From Pedobacter sp. (lineage in GTDB: Bacteria > Bacteroidota > Bacteroidia > Sphingobacteriales > Sphingobacteriaceae): DNA of 64,000 nt. Positions 27,914 through 37,943 of this stretch are shown here, piece after piece. Numbering within the stretch: position 1 is the first letter of the stretch; each line of letters opens with the position of its first letter. The DNA lies in contig JACMOW010000248.1 of assembly GCA_014377775.1 (NCBI GenBank), positions 16,966 through 80,965 on the forward strand, in the 5' to 3' direction. Both the position numbers and the translations under genes were made by a program. Under the pieces are notes generated by a model. It was not told the DNA's origin. It ran no database searches and saw nothing but the letters and a program-made list of their open reading frames with translations.

Positions 27914-29725
27914 ATGAAAAAGAAATTAAATAAGAACAAGTTAGCCAGTTTGGTTGCGCTTGGCGCTTTAATGCTGTTTGTTATTCATTCATGTAAAAAA
28001 GAAATATATACCCAAACCACAACAGATGATGTAAATATTACAGGATATCTAGAGAAATATCCTGAACAGTTCTCTTTGTTCACTCAAATTTTACAGCGTT
28101 CCAAAACCGATGGCTATCTAGGTGCTTACGGTAAGTATACAATGTTTACACCTAATAATGAGGCTGTTATAGCTTGGTTAAAAGCATTAAATAAAACAAG
28201 TGTTGAACAAATGACACCAGCAGAATTAAAGGATGTGGTTCGCTTTCACGTGCTTTCAGATACGGTGGCGACAAATAAATTTACGGATGGTAAACTCACT
28301 CAAATCACACTATTTGGTCAATATTTACAAACGGGTGTGGTCTTTAAAAACGGGGTTAGCAGTTATGTCGTTAATAAATTAGCTACTATAGTTCAATCAA
28401 ACGTGAGAACAGGCAATGGGATTATTCACGTAATTGATCGTGTATTAATTCCATCAACAAAAACTTTAGCTGTAACAATTGAAGGTAATGCTAGATATTC
28501 AATTTTCACAGAAGCATTAAAAGCGACTGGTTTCTACGATTCGTTAAATTATGCACAAGCAATTGTTCCAGATACAACTCGTCGTTTTCAAACTGTAGTT
28601 CTCGAATCTGACTCTGCAATTAGAGCTGCTGGATTTGCAAATTTTGCCGCATTGCGCGATAGATTATCTAAAACAGGTAATCCTCGTAGCCCTACCGATA
28701 GCCTTTGGATGTACGTGGCTTACCATATTTCTCCGGGTGCAAGTTACCTACCTGATATTATCTCTACACCTTCTTTAAGCACACTAGTGCCAGGTGAAAT
28801 TGTGACTACTAAATTGGTGGGAACTAAAGTTTTGTTAAATGACGATGAATTTAATGGGGTAATAGAACCTGGTGTTGAAGTAAATCGGTTATTTAGTGAT
28901 TTTACAACCTCAAATGGAGTATTGCACGAGTCAAAAAGTTTTTATAAAATTAAACCAAGAGTACCAACTGGTGTTTTCTTCGATATTGGTGATCAGCCAG
29001 AATTAAAGGCGCTTTCTGCATGGAGAATACCAGGACAATTTGTAACCTTATTGCAAAATGGTAAATTAATTACGGCAGGGATACGCCTAGATGCTTATCG
29101 CTCTGGAACTATTAGTCCAGTTTATACTACTCCGCCACTTCCAATAGATGGGTCTGGTAGAAGTTATGCGAACCGGGATTTGATCCAATTTAACATGACA
29201 ACCAGCAATACTGCACGTTCGATATGGATTGAGATCAGAACGCCTATGTTGGTAAAAGGAAAATACAAAGTTTGGATTTGTTATACAGTTAATGGAAATG
29301 GACCACTTTCACAGTTAGGTATGGATGTGGGGACGCCACAAGAACAATTACTGCCCAACTTGGTAGATTTTACCCAAAATTTAACCAGCTCTGGTGTGGT
29401 GACAGCGAATGCGGCACTACCTTCCGCTGATGGATTAATGCTTACCAATGGTTTTAAACGGTACTTGGCAACAACAGCCGATATTCGTGACGGTGTTCCA
29501 GGTTTGCAACCTGTTTCAATAAATAACCAATGGTCTAATATGCCGGCAAAATTGGCTGGAGTGGTAGATGTTAAAACCACAGATAAACATTGGATTCGAT
29601 TTACAACATTGAGGGGAAATCAAAGTAATAATATGAACATCGACATGATCCATTTTATTCCAATAGACGATGATCAGAATTATCCAAGATTTAGTCCGAA
29701 TGGGTTGATCTATAAAAAACCATAG
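27914..29725 (+). CDS. Fasciclin-domain lipoprotein (probable surface glycan-binding protein)
   Basis: IHSC lipobox; YTMFTPNNEA and NGIIHVIDRVL FAS1 motifs; second FAS1-like repeat; C-terminal beta-rich domain. Confidence 0.82.
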   Translation: MKKKLNKNKLASLVALGALMLFVIHSCKKEIYTQTTTDDVNITGYLEKYPEQFSLFTQILQRSKTDGYLGAYGKYTMFTPNNEAVIAWLKALNKTSVEQMTPAELKDVVRFHVLSDTVATNKFTDGKLTQITLFGQYLQTGVVFKNGVSSYVVNKLATIVQSNVRTGNGIIHVIDRVLIPSTKTLAVTIEGNARYSIFTEALKATGFYDSLNYAQAIVPDTTRRFQTVVLESDSAIRAAGFANFAALRDRLSKTGNPRSPTDSLWMYVAYHISPGASYLPDIISTPSLSTLVPGEIVTTKLVGTKVLLNDDEFNGVIEPGVEVNRLFSDFTTSNGVLHESKSFYKIKPRVPTGVFFDIGDQPELKALSAWRIPGQFVTLLQNGKLITAGIRLDAYRSGTISPVYTTPPLPIDGSGRSYANRDLIQFNMTTSNTARSIWIEIRTPMLVKGKYKVWICYTVNGNGPLSQLGMDVGTPQEQLLPNLVDFTQNLTSSGVVTANAALPSADGLMLTNGFKRYLATTADIRDGVPGLQPVSINNQWSNMPAKLAGVVDVKTTDKHWIRFTTLRGNQSNNMNIDMIHFIPIDDDQNYPRFSPNGLIYKKP

Positions 29726-29761
29726 TTTAACGGCAATATTTATAAAATTAGAACGAATTAA

Positions 29762-31201
29762 ATGATGACTAAAAAATATTTGATATACATCGCCCTAGTC
29801 AGTATAGGTACAGTGTTATTTTCCTGTAAGGATGACTGGGAGCAACGAAATGAGGTGCAAAATATAGATAATACGGTAAATCTTTCCCAAAAGTTAATCG
29901 CACAACCAAATTTTAGTGTGTTTAACGAATATGTTAAAGCTACAGGTTATGACAAGTTATTGGAGAGCTCTCAAAATTATACCGTTTGGGCACCTACAAA
30001 TGCTGCTATAGCAGGTTTAGACCCTGCGATAATAGCCAGCCCAACCAAGTTAAAAGATTATGTAGCTAATCACATTGCATTGGCAACTTTTCCAGTTTCG
30101 AAAAAAAATGGCGATACAATTCGAGTTAAGCTACTAAATAATAAGTATGCTACCATTATTGGAAGTAAATTTGAAGAGGGCAATATCATAGGGGAGGGTC
30201 AATTTGTTAAAAATGGAGTACTACATACTTTGGACCACGCAATGGCTACAAAAGCTAATATATGGGATTATATATTAAACAGTACGGATGCGACCTTGCA
30301 AACCAATTTTATTAGTAACTTATCTACTATGGTTATTGATTCTGCAAAGGCAACAATTATTGGTTATAAATCAAACGGTGAACCCATTTTTGCTCCAAAT
30401 CCGCCAACAATTGCGCGCAATACGTATTGGGTTAATGTGGCCGATTTAAGAGATGAAAGTCAACAGTACACTTATTTTATGCTTCAAAATGCTGCTTTTA
30501 CTTCCGAAAGCGCAAAGCTGGCCACTTATTATCCAAGTATAGACCCTAATTTCAATTCATCTTTTTATCTGGTAAAAGATTTAACCGTAAAGGGCTTATA
30601 TCCTGTAAATAAATTGCCTGATACTTTAATATCGGTTGGAGGTGTAAAAGTACCAATTAGTAAAGCAGCCATTGTAAAGTCGTATAATGCTAGTAACGGC
30701 ATTGTTTACGTTGTGAATGCATTGCCATTTAGATTGAAAGATAAAGTACCAGAATTTAAAATTGAGGGCGAGAAACCATTTGGATTTAGTGCAAACAGAA
30801 CGGTTTTATACAGAACCAAGCTTGATGATTTGGGTAAGCCTTTTAACGATATTGAAGTTTATAATCATGGCGTTGCCGAGTTCTCCATTTTCTATATTAA
30901 ACCTAATTTACCTTTTGTAAAATACAAGGTATATGCAAAAGCTATTGCCGGTTTACCGGGCGATTCACAAGTAGCAGCATTTACACAAAGGTTTTTCGTG
31001 TATAACACCAGTACAGTTGCCTATACACTTTTCTACACACATTTGGTAAATCCGCTTAGCTATGCCGAAGTGTATATGGGCGAATACACCCCTCAACAAT
31101 TTGGTCTATTACAGTTTAGATTAACTGCTGCTAACAGCACGGCTAAAGATGTTAGCACTGTTATCTTAGATTACTTACGCTTTGAACCTATTTTACCATA
31201 A
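29762..31201 (+). CDS. Fasciclin-domain lipoprotein
   Basis: LFSC lipobox; YTVWAPTNAA, NGVLHTLD, ASNGIVYVV; C-terminal LDYLRFEP beta-sandwich-like end. Confidence 0.82.
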   Translation: MMTKKYLIYIALVSIGTVLFSCKDDWEQRNEVQNIDNTVNLSQKLIAQPNFSVFNEYVKATGYDKLLESSQNYTVWAPTNAAIAGLDPAIIASPTKLKDYVANHIALATFPVSKKNGDTIRVKLLNNKYATIIGSKFEEGNIIGEGQFVKNGVLHTLDHAMATKANIWDYILNSTDATLQTNFISNLSTMVIDSAKATIIGYKSNGEPIFAPNPPTIARNTYWVNVADLRDESQQYTYFMLQNAAFTSESAKLATYYPSIDPNFNSSFYLVKDLTVKGLYPVNKLPDTLISVGGVKVPISKAAIVKSYNASNGIVYVVNALPFRLKDKVPEFKIEGEKPFGFSANRTVLYRTKLDDLGKPFNDIEVYNHGVAEFSIFYIKPNLPFVKYKVYAKAIAGLPGDSQVAAFTQRFFVYNTSTVAYTLFYTHLVNPLSYAEVYMGEYTPQQFGLLQFRLTAANSTAKDVSTVILDYLRFEPILP

Positions 31202-31231
31202 CTATAAATCTAGCTTTCAAAAAGAGAAAAT

Positions 31232-34200
31232 ATGTATAATTTTACAACGAATAAGAAATTTTGTTTACTGCTAGTATTCTTACTTACAAGTAGCTTAACC
31301 ATAAAGGCCCAAGAAGTTGATTTGGTAAAAACTTCAACGGATACTACTACGGTTAAAGCAAATATCAAAACGCTTAGGGGCGAAAAGATAAGCGGAACAA
31401 TAATAGACGGAAACACCAATAAACCCTTAGTAGGAATAAATATTACGGTTACTAGATTTAGCGCTGCAATAACGGATGATAGAGGTAATTTCACCATTAC
31501 GGTACCCGACTATAACGCGTCGGTAATCATTTCTGGTGCTGGTTTTCAAACTAAAGTAATACCCGTATACAAGGGTAGAGTGGTAAGTACAAGATTATAT
31601 CCGCAAAGCTATACTTCTTTGTACAATGAAGTTACAACTCCTTTGGGAACACAAACGCAAGCACGCTCTATACCATCTATTAGTAATGTAGGTTTGCAAG
31701 ATAGCTGGGCAAGTAATTCTGAAAGCCCTAGCACTTATTTTCAAGGTAAAATGGCAGGAGTAAATGTTGTTAGAAGGTCAGGTACACCTGGTACCGGAGC
31801 TGATGTAATGATCCGTGGTTTTAATTCTTTGTACGGCACAAATCAGCCTTTGTATATTGTTGACGGAATGATTTATGATGCAAATGCTTATGGTTTTTCA
31901 TTAACAAAAGCACATATCAATAATCCACTTCAATTTATAGATGTTAAAGATATTGAAAACATAAGTACTATAAAAGATGCGGCGATTGCAGCTATGTATG
32001 GTGCTAAAGCGGCAAATGGTATCGTACTAATTACCACTACTCGCGCAAAAGAGTTGGCTACAAACATTGATTTTTCTGCATATAGTGGGTTTAACGTTAA
32101 GCCTAAAAATTTGCCAGTTATGAATGCCGCTGATTATCGACTTTACCTTTCCGATATTTTGAAAAGCCAAGGTTTAAGTAATGCTCAAATTGCTGCAAAG
32201 CCGTACATGAATGATAATATTTCTAATCCTGATTATTTTAAATACCACAATGAAACCGATTGGCAAAAGCAAGTGTTAAGAAACAGCTTTGACCAAAATT
32301 ATTTCTTAAAAGTAACTGGTGGAGATAACATTGCAAAATATGCACTTTCTGCCGCCTATTCCAAAGATAAAAGCGTTATCGATAGTACAGATAATATCAA
32401 ATATAGTACTCGATTTAATAGTGATTTAAATTTGACGAAAAAATTAACAGGTACAACTAGTCTTTCTTTTACTTATACCGAACAACGTTTAAAAGATCAA
32501 GGCATTTCGCCGGCTACTAACCCATTATTTTTAGCGCTTGTTAAATCGCCCTTTATGGCCAGAAACGAAGTTAATGCAACAGGTGCCATTTCCCCGAATT
32601 TAGCCGATTATGATACCCTTCAAGTAAGTAACCCTAGGGCATTGATAGAAAATGGATTAAACCTAAAAAAAGCATATCGTTTTTTTGGTAATATCAATTT
32701 TGATTACACGTTCAGTAAAGCCTTTAAATTATCGAATCTCACTGGTGTAGCCTATGATAAATTTCAAGAAACGTTATTCATTCCTAGAAAGGGAGTTACC
32801 AATGATACACTTTCTAATTATGTAGGCGACAGTAGATTAGGTAGTCAGGTAGGTCGATTTTTTAATGTCTTTAACGATTTAAGATTAACATTCGACAAAT
32901 CACTTGGAAAGTATAGTAAAATTCACGCTGTAATTGGGACTCGTTTTTCACAGAGTGATAGTGAGCAAGATTTTGCATTAGGGTTTAACTCTGCTACCGA
33001 CGAGTTAATTAGTATTGGAAATAGTAATGCTGCATTCAGAACGTTTGGAGGTGATATTGGTAGGTGGCGCAGTTTAAATAATTATTTATCTGCCAACTAT
33101 AGTTATTCCGATAAATATCTTGTTAATTTTTCGATGGCGGTTGATGGTTCTTCTAGGTATGGAAATAAACGCAATCAAGGTTTCCTGAATTTTGAGGATG
33201 GATTAAGAATAAATGGTAATCGATTTGCTGTTTTGCCTGCCATAGGTGCTGCATGGATAATCTCATCAGAAGAGTTTATGCGAAATCTTAACCGTGTAGA
33301 TTTGTTGAAATTGAGAGTTAGCTATGGCTTAACAGGAAATGATGATATTGGTAATTACACGGCTCGTAAGTATTATACTTCTCAAAATATATTAGGAATA
33401 AGAGGGGTTATTGTGGGTAATTATGCTAATCCAAATTTGCAATGGGAAACCATGCATAAGTTTAACACAGGTATTGATGGTTCATTTTTTGGAGAACGTT
33501 TAAGCATAAGTTTAGATTACTGGATCAACAGCACTAAGGACATGTTAACCTATCAATTGGTTAATTCTTTAGCAGGTACGGCATCTTACCTCGCTAACAA
33601 TGGTGGTATGCAAACCAATGGTTTAGATCTTGCCATAAATGGTAGATTACTGAATACACAACTGAAATGGGATGTTGGCTTAACATTAGGGACAGCTGAG
33701 AATAAAATAACCGGTTTACCAAATGGAAATAGTGTAGTAACTACTTATGCTGATGGCGCTTACTTAACTCAATTAGGGCAATCTGCCAACCAATTTTATG
33801 GTTATAAAACCAATGGTGTATTTACAACAGATGCAGAAGCTACTACCGCAGGCTTATCTATCCGTAATGATTTAGGTGTATTGGTTCCATTTGCAGGTGG
33901 AGATATTAGATTTTCCGATTTAAATGGCGATAAAGTAATCGATGATGCAGATAGAACCGTAATAGGCAATCCAAATCCAGATGTATTTGGAAGTTTCAAT
34001 AATACATTTACCTATAAAAATTGGAGTTTGAATGCATTATTCACTTTTGTGAGTGGAAATGATATTTATAACTACACCAGAGCGCAATTAGAATCAGGTA
34101 GCACATATTACAATCAAACCGATTTAATTCGAAACAGATGGAGAGGAAATGGCCAAGTTACAGATATCCCAAAGGCAAGTTTTGGCGACCCAATGGGTAA

Positions 34201-34465
34201 TGCTAGGTTTTCTGATCGTTGGATTGAAGATGGTTCTTATCTTCGCTTGCGAACCGTTAGTTTAACTTATAATGTGCCCCTAAAATCGAAATCATTAAAG
34301 TATGCAAAGGTTTATGCAACTGCTAATAATGTGTTTACACTAACCAATTACCTTGGTTACGATCCAGAGTTTGCAGGATCAGGTGGTCTATTCACACAAG
34401 GTGTAGATATTACGCTCGAACCTCAGTTTAGGTCGGTTCAGTTAGGTGTTAGAATTGGATTATAA
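31232..34465 (+). CDS. SusC/RagA TonB-dependent transporter (second copy)
   Basis: IKDAAIAAMYGAKAANGIVLITT, NPNLQWET, IGNPNPD, IEDGSYLRL. Confidence 0.95.
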   Translation: MYNFTTNKKFCLLLVFLLTSSLTIKAQEVDLVKTSTDTTTVKANIKTLRGEKISGTIIDGNTNKPLVGINITVTRFSAAITDDRGNFTITVPDYNASVIISGAGFQTKVIPVYKGRVVSTRLYPQSYTSLYNEVTTPLGTQTQARSIPSISNVGLQDSWASNSESPSTYFQGKMAGVNVVRRSGTPGTGADVMIRGFNSLYGTNQPLYIVDGMIYDANAYGFSLTKAHINNPLQFIDVKDIENISTIKDAAIAAMYGAKAANGIVLITTTRAKELATNIDFSAYSGFNVKPKNLPVMNAADYRLYLSDILKSQGLSNAQIAAKPYMNDNISNPDYFKYHNETDWQKQVLRNSFDQNYFLKVTGGDNIAKYALSAAYSKDKSVIDSTDNIKYSTRFNSDLNLTKKLTGTTSLSFTYTEQRLKDQGISPATNPLFLALVKSPFMARNEVNATGAISPNLADYDTLQVSNPRALIENGLNLKKAYRFFGNINFDYTFSKAFKLSNLTGVAYDKFQETLFIPRKGVTNDTLSNYVGDSRLGSQVGRFFNVFNDLRLTFDKSLGKYSKIHAVIGTRFSQSDSEQDFALGFNSATDELISIGNSNAAFRTFGGDIGRWRSLNNYLSANYSYSDKYLVNFSMAVDGSSRYGNKRNQGFLNFEDGLRINGNRFAVLPAIGAAWIISSEEFMRNLNRVDLLKLRVSYGLTGNDDIGNYTARKYYTSQNILGIRGVIVGNYANPNLQWETMHKFNTGIDGSFFGERLSISLDYWINSTKDMLTYQLVNSLAGTASYLANNGGMQTNGLDLAINGRLLNTQLKWDVGLTLGTAENKITGLPNGNSVVTTYADGAYLTQLGQSANQFYGYKTNGVFTTDAEATTAGLSIRNDLGVLVPFAGGDIRFSDLNGDKVIDDADRTVIGNPNPDVFGSFNNTFTYKNWSLNALFTFVSGNDIYNYTRAQLESGSTYYNQTDLIRNRWRGNGQVTDIPKASFGDPMGNARFSDRWIEDGSYLRLRTVSLTYNVPLKSKSLKYAKVYATANNVFTLTNYLGYDPEFAGSGGLFTQGVDITLEPQFRSVQLGVRIGL

Positions 34466-34483
34466 TTTTAGAAAAATATACTC

Positions 34484-36220
34484 ATGAAGATGAATTTAAA
34501 TAAAAGAATTGCTGCACTTTTGATGTTAAGTGTTTTAATGATAGGATCTTGGTCGTGTAAGAAAATGTTCGATGTAGCTCCAGAAGATAAATTGGATAGC
34601 AGCAATGCCTACAAAAACGTAACCGATGCAGATGCAGCTGTAATGGGCATCTATGGTCAGTTTTTACAATTACATAAACTCTATATCCTTCAAAATGAAT
34701 TGCGTGGAGATTTAGTAGATGTAACGGCAGGTGCAAGTTTAGAATTAAAGGAGCTATCAGCCCATACCGCAACAAAAACTAATCCCTATGTAGACCCACG
34801 ACCCTATTACAATGTGATTATTAATTGTAACGATGCACTTAAAAACTTTAAGGCTATGCTTGATGATAAGAGAATGAGTGTAGACGATTATCAAAAACAT
34901 TTTTCTGATATAGGTGCGCTACGTAGCTGGATTTATTTACAAGTGGGTATTCAATATGGAAGTGTTCCCTACATTACTGAGGCGTATGAAACCGTAGATG
35001 ACCTTAAAAACCTCGGCAATCTTCCCCGTTTAACATTTGATCAATTATTGGATAAGTTAATTGAATTTACTGAGAAATTGCCCTATAAAAGTCTTTATGG
35101 TTATCCTACCGGAAACTCACTGTTGGTTACAATAGATGGAAATTCGACTCAGAAATTATTTATTACCAAGCCATTTCTTTTGGGCGATTTGTACTTGTGG
35201 AAAGGTAATTACTTAAAAGCGGCTGAAAATTATGCATTGGTAATGAATGGAGAAAATAACAATTCAAATGGCAATATTTATTTTAATTATTACAAGATAA
35301 ATAATTTTGTTGACAATACAGGTTATACTCGCATGGTTGTTTCTTATGGTCGATATCAAGATGAAAGTTCATTAGTGAATACTCCAGATGACGGATGGAG
35401 AGGTATATTTGGCTTGCCAACTACAAGCAACTCATGGAACTCAGAATGGATGTGGGCAATCCCTTATAACCCTGCTTATAAACCTGTAAATCCAATGATA
35501 AACTTAACTAGCCCGGTAAAAGGATATCAGATTAAGCCATCGCAGGTTGCAATTGATCTTTGGGAAGATCAAAATCAGTATAGTGGTATTCCTTATGATG
35601 CCCGTGGAAAGCTTTCTTACAATAGCTCATTTTCAGGAAATGCAATTACCAAATTAACCGATAATGGGGGTAAATGGGGAATATATCGTGCAGGATTATT
35701 ACACTTACGTTTTTCAGAAGCTGCTAACCGCGATGGGCAAACTAAATTAGGCTGGGCATTTTTAAATACAGGCTTAATCCCTACCTATTATGTTGGAACT
35801 CTTGTAGCAGGTGCAAGAACACCTGCAACCGAAGCTGAATTAAACACCATGATTACACCGTATCCGAAAGAATCGCCATATTATTTTGATGCGCGTAAAA
35901 ATGGAACCGATCTGTCTGCAATTTGGTATCGTAATGCAGGTGTTAGAGGTAGAGCAGGTGTAACGGCTATTGATATTTCTTATCAAACCGATATGTTAGG
36001 CTTAGAAAATAAATTGCTAGATGAAGCTGCATTAGAATTAGCTTTTGAAGGAAACCGATGGCCAGATCTAGTTCGCACAGCACGCAGACAAGGTAATCCT
36101 GCATTTTTAGCAGATCGTATTTATCAGAAATTATTGAAATCTGGAAATCCAGATGCCGCCGCAACGCGAACTAAATTAATGAACCCAGCAAATTGGTACT
36201 TGCCATTTGATTGGAAATAA
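34484..36220 (+). CDS. SusD/RagB family lipoprotein (second copy)
   Basis: SWSC lipobox; ELRGDL; YGSVPY; LELAFEGNRWPDL; WYLP. Confidence 0.9.
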   Translation: MKMNLNKRIAALLMLSVLMIGSWSCKKMFDVAPEDKLDSSNAYKNVTDADAAVMGIYGQFLQLHKLYILQNELRGDLVDVTAGASLELKELSAHTATKTNPYVDPRPYYNVIINCNDALKNFKAMLDDKRMSVDDYQKHFSDIGALRSWIYLQVGIQYGSVPYITEAYETVDDLKNLGNLPRLTFDQLLDKLIEFTEKLPYKSLYGYPTGNSLLVTIDGNSTQKLFITKPFLLGDLYLWKGNYLKAAENYALVMNGENNNSNGNIYFNYYKINNFVDNTGYTRMVVSYGRYQDESSLVNTPDDGWRGIFGLPTTSNSWNSEWMWAIPYNPAYKPVNPMINLTSPVKGYQIKPSQVAIDLWEDQNQYSGIPYDARGKLSYNSSFSGNAITKLTDNGGKWGIYRAGLLHLRFSEAANRDGQTKLGWAFLNTGLIPTYYVGTLVAGARTPATEAELNTMITPYPKESPYYFDARKNGTDLSAIWYRNAGVRGRAGVTAIDISYQTDMLGLENKLLDEAALELAFEGNRWPDLVRTARRQGNPAFLADRIYQKLLKSGNPDAAATRTKLMNPANWYLPFDWK

Positions 36221-36292
36221 TAATATTTAAATTGTACGCTTTTTAATTGCTTGAAGGTTTATTTTCAGGTAATTTCTCATTATATCAAAGAC

Positions 36293-37303
36293 ATGGAATA
36301 TCATATCACTATCAATCCAAATTCAAGTATAGCTAAACATTCGCAAATTGCAGAAAGTATGAGGGCTGATATAGAGGCAGGTAGATTGCAAGTTGGTGTT
36401 CAATTACCGTCCATAAATGAATTTAGTAAGAATTACAAAGTAGCTAGAGATACGATCGAAAAGGCATATAACCTGTTGAAAAAGGAAGGTTATGTTATAG
36501 GTGTTCCAGGAAAGGGGAACTACGTAGCCAGTGGATGTGAAAAAAGCCTAAAAATTTTGATGATCTTAAATAAAATGAGCTCATATAAAAAAGAAATCTA
36601 CGAAGCATTTATCGAAACTTTAGGAGAAAGTACCAAAGTAGACCTACAGATACATCATTATAATATTAATCTTTTTAAGGAGATTATTGAGGAGAACAAA
36701 GGAAAATATCACTATTATGTGGTAATGCCTTATTTTTTTCATCATACACCTCAAGAAGATTATATTAAAATCTTAAATGAAATACCTAGTTCTTCTTTGG
36801 TGGTTTTAGATAGGGAAGTGGTTTTAGATAAAGAAATCATCAATGTATATCAAGACTTCGAGAAGGATATTTTAGATGTATTGTTGCTTGAAAGTGATAT
36901 CTTGGGAAGATATAATTGTATTACGCTAATTTTCCCAAAAGAAAGTCATCACCCATTAGAGATTATAAATGGTGTAGAGGCTTTTTGTTTAGCCAAGAAA
37001 AAGCAGTTTAAATTGGTTTCCGATGTCACTAAAATCATCCCTTCAAAAGGAACAGCTTACATTACGCTAACCGAAAATGAATTGGCAACTTTAGTGAAAA
37101 AAATAAGAAATACGGATTTAAAATTAGGAGAAGCAGTAGGTATTCTTTCATTTAATGAAACCATTTTAAAAGAGTTATTAGGAATTACTGTTGTAAGTAC
37201 AAATTTTTCGGCGATGGGTAAAACGGCAGCAGAAATGATCTTAACGAAAAATTACTCTCGTATCAAAAATGAGTTCAACTTTATTAAAAGAGAGTCGCTT
37301 TAA
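36293..37303 (+). CDS. GntR-family regulator with C-terminal periplasmic-binding-protein-like (LacI-type) sensor
   Basis: LPSINEFS..VARDTIEKAY.LLKKEG..PGKG winged HTH; C-terminal GILSFNET..ITVVSTNF..MGKTAA. ATG 36293 preferred over TTG 36251. Confidence 0.9.
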   Translation: MEYHITINPNSSIAKHSQIAESMRADIEAGRLQVGVQLPSINEFSKNYKVARDTIEKAYNLLKKEGYVIGVPGKGNYVASGCEKSLKILMILNKMSSYKKEIYEAFIETLGESTKVDLQIHHYNINLFKEIIEENKGKYHYYVVMPYFFHHTPQEDYIKILNEIPSSSLVVLDREVVLDKEIINVYQDFEKDILDVLLLESDILGRYNCITLIFPKESHHPLEIINGVEAFCLAKKKQFKLVSDVTKIIPSKGTAYITLTENELATLVKKIRNTDLKLGEAVGILSFNETILKELLGITVVSTNFSAMGKTAAEMILTKNYSRIKNEFNFIKRESL

Positions 37304-37815
37304 AAAAGATTTTGTCTTGTCATTAATCTAGCTTTAACAAAGAAATACATTATCTACCTAGCTCAGATTAGAATGGCTCAGATTTGGTGTCAAATGTTAT
37401 AACTTTACGAAGTGATTGTAACCATCATGATTTTTCAACTTTATTAGCCAGTACACCTAAACCAATGCTTCCTTTTTTTTTGTTAGCTTATTTGTTCATC
37501 TTTTTGTTCACAAGTTTGTTTGGAAATTAATACGCCAAAAAATATTATTGGCCCCGCTAAAATAAAACTGATAGCGTTAATTTAACTATTTTTTTAAAGA
37601 ATGACTTTATTGATATCTGTCCATCTACAAGCACTCCATATAATTATCATTCGCACAATAACTTCAATGCCAGAATATATAAAATAGTATAGAGCACTAG
37701 CGTTTCCACTATTAACAAAATTTATAGTTATAAAACTAACAGTAACATTTGCAATATGATTAATTTAAATACTTAATTAAGGTATAAAATTAGTATTAGT
37801 CTAAATCAACATGCA

Positions 37816-37846
37816 AGGCCGTTCTATTTAGAGCGGCTTTTTTTTT
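37816..37846 (+). terminator. Rho-independent terminator
   Basis: AGGCCGTTCT-ATTT-AGAGCGGCTT stem-loop (two G-U pairs) followed by a T run. Confidence 0.75.
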
Positions 37847-37943
37847 GTAGATTTATACCAATTTGAAAGGCCATGCTCCATTCGAAATTTAATTGTTCAC
37901 AATCCCAACAAAATGCCCCATATAATTGTATAATAGTGGTATT

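Noticed and set aside
37304-37740. Possible degraded minus-strand ORF (GSIGLGVLANKVEK...) and a poly-T tract near 37473
   Set aside because: Interrupted by stops and not recognisably similar to any family; the poly-T is not in a gene or defined promoter, so phase variation is unsupported.
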